Part shown: positions 25,541 to 30,264 of the stretch, one piece after another
How the letters are laid out: each line of letters starts with the position of its first letter
How positions within the stretch are numbered: position 1 is the stretch's first letter
Assembly: GCA_030429785.1 (NCBI GenBank)
Contig: JAUIEQ010000001.1
Span: 1-30,264 of the forward strand
Origin: a bacterium
Lineage (GTDB): Bacteria > Patescibacteriota > Patescibacteriia > S139-126 > S139-133
Reading direction: 5' to 3'
Length of the DNA stretch: 30,264 nt
The notes under the pieces: generated by a model
Seen by the model: the letters and a program-made list of their open reading frames with translations, nothing else
Database searches by the model: none
Told to the model about the DNA's origin: nothing
Position numbers and translations under genes: made by a program

Positions 25541-27085
25541 ATGGCTCAGGTAATCGTATTGAATGGGGGGAAGTTGAAGATAGAAGATGTCTGGGCAATA
25601 GCTTGCAACAAAAATAAAATATCTATAGCCAACGAATGCAAACGTGCTGTTGATGAATCTCGACATTTTGTGGAGAGTGTCGGTCAGCACGTTTTGACGT
25701 ATGGGGTCAACACAGGATTTGGACCGATGGCTCAATACATCATGAGTCCAAAAAAAGTACAGCGCTTACAGTATAACCTCATCAGAAGTCATGCTGTGGG
25801 ACTTGGTGATACATTTTCAGAAGAAGAGTGTATGGCGATTATGGTAGTCAGGCTGAATTCACTGATAAAGGGTAAGTCAGGTGTAAGGTGGGAGCTTATT
25901 AAGTATATTGAGTTTTTTATTAACGAACGTATTGTTCCAGTTGTACACAAGCACGGATCTGTTGGTGCTAGTGGAGATTTGGTGCAATTAGCAGAAGTGG
26001 CATTGGCTTTAATAGGTGAAGGAAGTGTTTATTTTCACGGAGAGGTAAAACGCACAACTGATGTTTTGAATTTGCTTGGCAAAAAACCACTGGAATTGCA
26101 ATCAAAAGAAGGCCTAGCTTTGATTAATGGAACTGCAGCGATGACTGGTTTTGGTGCGTTAGTCGCATACCGAGCTAAGCGACTGTTTGACGCCGCGCTT
26201 GATTTTGGTGCGATGGCATATGAGCTTTTTGCTGGCTTTGATGATCCAATCAGCCAAGAATTGCAAGATATAAGAAAGCATGCTGGTCAGAGTTATGTAG
26301 CCAGTGCATTGCGGGCAAGATTGAAGAGCTCACAGTTAATTCAAAAGCGAACTGATTTAACAAAAAAAATTGATGTAGAGGACAGTACGGATGTAAGGAA
26401 AATTGATAGTAAGGTTCAGGATATTTACTCAATCAGGTGCATGCCACAGATTTATGGTCCAATTTATGACACTATTGAAAACGTCATTAAAGTTGTTACT
26501 ACTGAGATTAACTCTGTGACTGATAATCCGGTTACCAATGGCGCAAGTGACGCGTTGATTCATGGTGGCAACTTTCACGGTGATTATGTTTCGTTAGAAG
26601 CTGATAAGTTGAAGGTTGTGATGACAAGACTTGCGCAGACTATAGAGCGTCATATTAATTTGTTTTTGAATCCAAATTTACGAGATCATTTGCCACCATT
26701 TTTGAATCTAAGCAAGCCTGGTCTTGATTTGGCGCTCCAAGGATTACAGTTTGTGGCTACATCGACTACTGCAGAAATGCAGACGCTGTGTTATCCGAAT
26801 TACGTTCACACTATTTCTACTAATGCTGATAATCAGGATATTGTTAGTATGGGCACTAATTCGATGGTGCTAGCTTCAAAGGTTGTGGATTGCTTACTAG
26901 ATGTAATGTCTGTGTATCTTATTACCTTGTCCCAAGCTGTGGATGTGATGCAGAATCGAAGTCAACTATCATCATCTTCACAGAGGTGGTACGGGGAAAT
27001 TAGAGAAATATTCCCAGCTGTGACAGACGATCGCGATCTGAGTGTTGATTTGAAGAGGTTGAATGAAGTGCTGAATATTAAATAG
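25541..27085 (+). CDS. MIO-dependent aromatic amino acid ammonia-lyase (TAL/PAL-type, HAL/PAL family)
   Basis: YGVNTGFG, GSVGASGDL (ASG forms MIO), GLALINGT, NSVTDNP, GGNFHG and NQDIVSMG (NQD rather than the QED of HutH). Confidence 0.9.
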   Translation: MAQVIVLNGGKLKIEDVWAIACNKNKISIANECKRAVDESRHFVESVGQHVLTYGVNTGFGPMAQYIMSPKKVQRLQYNLIRSHAVGLGDTFSEEECMAIMVVRLNSLIKGKSGVRWELIKYIEFFINERIVPVVHKHGSVGASGDLVQLAEVALALIGEGSVYFHGEVKRTTDVLNLLGKKPLELQSKEGLALINGTAAMTGFGALVAYRAKRLFDAALDFGAMAYELFAGFDDPISQELQDIRKHAGQSYVASALRARLKSSQLIQKRTDLTKKIDVEDSTDVRKIDSKVQDIYSIRCMPQIYGPIYDTIENVIKVVTTEINSVTDNPVTNGASDALIHGGNFHGDYVSLEADKLKVVMTRLAQTIERHINLFLNPNLRDHLPPFLNLSKPGLDLALQGLQFVATSTTAEMQTLCYPNYVHTISTNADNQDIVSMGTNSMVLASKVVDCLLDVMSVYLITLSQAVDVMQNRSQLSSSSQRWYGEIREIFPAVTDDRDLSVDLKRLNEVLNIK

Positions 27086-27100
27086 TTAATACGAATTAAA

Positions 27101-28111
27101 ATGAGCAGAAGCAATTCAAATATCGACCATTATAGTGTTTGGAATTACGATAGTGATTTAAAGCTTGATAGTTCTGAAAAAATTTTTAAATTTGTCTTAG
27201 AAAAATCAAAACTTGCACCTTCTGCTCATAACTCTCAACCATGGAAGGTAAAGTTGAATGGTGAAAAAATAGAAATTTTCGCTGATGCAAGTAAACATTT
27301 GAAGATTTCAGATCCTTTAAAAAGACAATTATATTTAAGTTTAGGTTGCTTAGCCGCAACTGTTGTTTCTGTGTGTGATGCAATAGGTATTGCGTATGAT
27401 TTAAACTGGAGTTATGATAAGTCAAATAGCTTAGCATGTAGCATTGGCTTGACTACTTCATCAGGAGTCACTTTGGATAAAAATTTACTTAATGCTTTGC
27501 ATAGTAGAGTAACAAACAGATTGTCGTATAAAAATACAGCGATAGACCCGACTATCATTAACGATATGAAAGCTTTGCTGTCAGAAGACGGTGTTGTTTT
27601 GAAAGTAATTACTAATAGTAAAAATCTTGATCATGTAAAAAAATCATTACTTCAAGCCATGGAGTTAGCTTTTAGTAATAAGGGTTTTAGGCAGGAGTTA
27701 GCGGCCTGGATAAGACCCAGTAGTAAAAAGTATGGCGATGGTATGCCTGGCTTCACCTTAAACATTCCTAAACCAGTGTCATTTTTGATTCCTTCTTTGT
27801 TAAAAAAAATCAATTTAACAAAAGTGATGATGATAGAAAATAACAAAATTGTAAATGAAACACCATCATTTGCAATTATTTCTGTCAAAAATGATGAACC
27901 ACTAGATTGGCTTAAGGCAGGGTTTGAAGCTCAGCGATTATTTCTTTTTTTAACTTCAAAAGAAATCGCATTTCATGTATTGAATGCAGCTGTCGAAAAT
28001 AATGAAGTTAAAGATGGTCTCAGAAAACGACTGTCTTTATCAGATCACCCCGTGATGATTTGGCGCATGGGTCACCCAATTAGGTCAGTTGAACATAGTC
28101 CAAGAAGATAA
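27101..28111 (+). CDS. Acg-type FMN-binding nitroreductase-family oxidoreductase
   Basis: LAPSAHNSQPW, SDPLKRQLYLSLGC, RVTNR..Y, DWLKAGFEAQRLFL and C-terminal WRMGH...HSPRR. Confidence 0.85.
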   Translation: MSRSNSNIDHYSVWNYDSDLKLDSSEKIFKFVLEKSKLAPSAHNSQPWKVKLNGEKIEIFADASKHLKISDPLKRQLYLSLGCLAATVVSVCDAIGIAYDLNWSYDKSNSLACSIGLTTSSGVTLDKNLLNALHSRVTNRLSYKNTAIDPTIINDMKALLSEDGVVLKVITNSKNLDHVKKSLLQAMELAFSNKGFRQELAAWIRPSSKKYGDGMPGFTLNIPKPVSFLIPSLLKKINLTKVMMIENNKIVNETPSFAIISVKNDEPLDWLKAGFEAQRLFLFLTSKEIAFHVLNAAVENNEVKDGLRKRLSLSDHPVMIWRMGHPIRSVEHSPRR

Positions 28112-28116
28112 AATAT

Positions 28117-29631
28117 ATGATACATAACTTTAACTACTTGGATGGTAAAACGAGTTCTGATTTTTTTAATATAGATGCAAAAAAAGTAAACGATGAATTT
28201 GTCAATAAGACAGAGGAGTACTGGTTGCAAAAAGGAGACGAGAGAGCGCTTAGTTTGTTCCATAAAGCTGCCATACACGTTCCGGCTTATAAAAATTTTT
28301 TAAGCAAAAACAAAATTGATCCTTCAAAAATAAAAACCATTGAAGATTTTTCATTACTGCCAATTACAGATAAGAAAAATTATATTCAACAATACTCTTT
28401 GGAAGAGTTAAGTTGGTTCGGCAAGCTTACTAGTTCCAATTTAGGTGCTGTTAGTTCTGGAATGAGCGGAAAGGCAACATTTTGGCTTCGAGGGGGTTGC
28501 CAAGAATACGAAGCAGCATTAGTGCATGAGCTTTTATATAGGGAACTTTGTGAAATACATAAAATGTCAACCTTGCTAATAGTGTGTTTTCCAATGGGTA
28601 TCTATGATTCAGGTTTGGCTACTGTACTGCCTAGTTTTATGGTAACACAAAAAGAATATGATTTAGTTATGTTTAGCCCAGGAAATAAAAAACAAGAGAT
28701 TTTAGAAATACTGAGAAATTTTATTGGTCATTTTGAACAGGTGTTATTATTTGGACACCCCTTGTTAATTAAAGATGTTTTGGAGACAGCGCTGCAAGAA
28801 GGTATTGATATGAGAGCAAAATATATGAAGCTTTTATTTTGCAGTGAAGGTTTTACTGAGCAATGGAGGGACTATTTGCAAGCTTTATTAAAAAATAAAG
28901 TCAAAGAATTGCATGCGTATAGTACTTATGGCTCAACTGAATTCCTGTTGATGGCTTACGAAACTCCGTTAAGTATTTTATTTAGAAAATTTTTAAGTGA
29001 TAAAAAAAACGATGTTTCAAAATCATTTCATGATAAGTCAGTTCCTAATATTTTTCAATACAACCCTTTATGGCGGTTTATGGAGGTGGTGAGTAGGGAG
29101 TTGATTTTTACTGCAGCCAGTGGACTGCCCCTGATTCGTTTTAACCTAAAAGATGAAGGAGAGCTTATTGAATACAAAGAAGTTAGTTCTGTTCTAGACG
29201 AAGGCAAGGTTGACTGGAAAGGTAAGTTGTCTCATTCTTGGAAGTTGCCGTTTGTAGCATTGTATGGAAGAAGTGATTATTCACTTGTGTTGCATGCAGC
29301 AATCATTTATCCTGATAACATTAAATTAGCTTTAGAAGATCCTGAGGTGCTTAATAAGGTTACAGGTAAATTTGTTATGAAGAAAGTTTACGATAAAGCT
29401 ATGAATGAATTCTTAGAGATTCATGTAGAGCTTTGTGATAATTTGCGGAAAAATATTGAATTTTCATCTATATTGCAAGACAAAATAGTGAAAACGTTGA
29501 GAGAAGTTAATCTGGAGTATTTAGATGCATCAAGTAACGTTGCTCAAGATATGGCCCCTAGAGTTATTTTACATGAGTATCAAACTGGTGAATACTTTAA
29601 ACCAGGATTGAAGCCAAGATATATACAATAA
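28117..29631 (+). CDS. Phenylacetate--CoA ligase-family (PaaK/CapK-like) adenylate-forming enzyme
   Basis: VPAYK.FL....IDP..IKTIEDF..LP..DK, SSGMSGK P-loop, YGSTE, PLIRFNLKDEG and YGRSD. Confidence 0.85.
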   Translation: MIHNFNYLDGKTSSDFFNIDAKKVNDEFVNKTEEYWLQKGDERALSLFHKAAIHVPAYKNFLSKNKIDPSKIKTIEDFSLLPITDKKNYIQQYSLEELSWFGKLTSSNLGAVSSGMSGKATFWLRGGCQEYEAALVHELLYRELCEIHKMSTLLIVCFPMGIYDSGLATVLPSFMVTQKEYDLVMFSPGNKKQEILEILRNFIGHFEQVLLFGHPLLIKDVLETALQEGIDMRAKYMKLLFCSEGFTEQWRDYLQALLKNKVKELHAYSTYGSTEFLLMAYETPLSILFRKFLSDKKNDVSKSFHDKSVPNIFQYNPLWRFMEVVSRELIFTAASGLPLIRFNLKDEGELIEYKEVSSVLDEGKVDWKGKLSHSWKLPFVALYGRSDYSLVLHAAIIYPDNIKLALEDPEVLNKVTGKFVMKKVYDKAMNEFLEIHVELCDNLRKNIEFSSILQDKIVKTLREVNLEYLDASSNVAQDMAPRVILHEYQTGEYFKPGLKPRYIQ

Positions 29632-29657
29632 GGTGATAATAAGTATTAATTTTTAGT

Positions 29658-30264
29658 ATGTATACTGAAATATTCTCACAACTATATTCTAAAGAGAGTG
29701 ATCTGAGTTACGCCCCTCAGATTTTTAATCTCAAAAACAGTGGTAGTTTTTTAGAGTTTGAGAAGTTATTAGCTAGCGGGAAGGTGAGTAAAGTAGTTGA
29801 TTCTATTGAGTCACAATTATCAGAGCTCTTTTTAACAGAAAATCCCTCGTTAATTAAAAAGAAAGACAAAGACAAAAAAGTACAGAAGCATTTGATGTCA
29901 TATAGTAAGGAAGATTTGCTTGTCTTAGGAAGGTGGGTTTATTATCCGTGGTTAAATACCTTAGTGCACATCTTGGAAGAAGAGTCTTTCTTTGCAGTAA
30001 GAACTAGTAGGAATAAGTTGTTAATAACTGATGAAGAACAAAAGAAGTGGTATAATGCTAAAGTTGGAATTGCTGGACTAAGTGTTGGGAATTCCATTTG
30101 TCTTTCTTTAATTCTCCAAGGTGGATCGAAGAAGATAAAAATCGCTGATTTCGATGAATTAGAGCTTTCTAATTTAAATAGGATCAGGACTGGTATACAA
30201 AATCTTGGTTTGAATAAAGCAATTATCACAGCTAGAGAAATTTATTCGATTAACCCTTACGCAG
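29658..30264 (+). CDS. ThiF-family adenylyltransferase, Rv1355c/OxzB/TyzB-like (3' partial)
   Basis: Manual translation from ATG 29658 is open to the window end: WVYYPW...LVHIL, RTSRNKLLITDEEQ, VGIAGLSVG and IADFDELELSNLNR. Confidence 0.85.
   Translation, partial: MYTEIFSQLYSKESDLSYAPQIFNLKNSGSFLEFEKLLASGKVSKVVDSIESQLSELFLTENPSLIKKKDKDKKVQKHLMSYSKEDLLVLGRWVYYPWLNTLVHILEEESFFAVRTSRNKLLITDEEQKKWYNAKVGIAGLSVGNSICLSLILQGGSKKIKIADFDELELSNLNRIRTGIQNLGLNKAIITAREIYSINPYA

Noticed and set aside
25541-27085. Calling the lyase hutH (histidine utilisation)
   Set aside because: NQD instead of QED near the C-terminal active-site segment, and no hutU/I/G in the window.
3655-28278. Numerous 60-150 aa ORFs nested in or antisense to thrS, dnaE, rodA, prfA, pyrH and cassette genes
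   Set aside because: They overlap well-supported genes and show no motifs or expression signals.
29942-30229. 95-aa minus-strand ORF at the right end
   Set aside because: Antisense shadow of the ThiF gene, whose frame is open past the window edge.
27101-30264. RiPP (azole or microcin C-like) reading of ThiF plus nitroreductase
   Set aside because: No YcaO or precursor peptide seen, and the ThiF N-terminus fits the Rv1355c/OxzB type. Not fully excluded, because the cluster is truncated.
1-30264. Alternative genetic code (UGA = Gly, code 25)
   Set aside because: Long conserved genes translate fully under code 11 with no in-frame TGA, and TGA serves as a stop at 2916-2918.

Overview
Chromosomal window that reads like a Patescibacteria (CPR, Parcubacteria-type) genome. 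This is an inference from gene content and style: Shine-Dalgarno-less core genes, a baseplate-J-like membrane protein, DUF3048, atypical pilin-like proteins and an NLPY-type PrmC. Genetic code 11 fits. The backbone carries miaA, thrS, dnaE, rodA, rplY, prmC, prfA, rpmE, rpsB, tsf, pyrH and gap, interspersed with orphan ORFs. Three things stand out. (1) From 25541 to the window end, an AT-richer four-gene cassette directly behind gap encodes a PAL/TAL-type MIO ammonia-lyase, an Acg-type nitroreductase, a phenylacetate-CoA-ligase-family enzyme and an Rv1355c/OxzB/TyzB-like ThiF enzyme (missing from the ORF track, runs off the end). It looks like a candidate aryl-acyl (coumaroyl/cinnamoyl) oxazolone or N-acyl amino acid pathway. 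(2) A Thr T-box riboswitch (5731-5940, minus) is separated from thrS by about 340 nt holding an oppositely oriented strong promoter and an unannotated 50-aa membrane-peptide gene. (3) A roughly 400-nt hairpin-dense REP/MITE-like element plus an HD-like gene interrupts prfA-prmC. No rRNA, tRNA, CRISPR array, transposase or integrase was seen. No searches were run; family calls rest on motif recognition.
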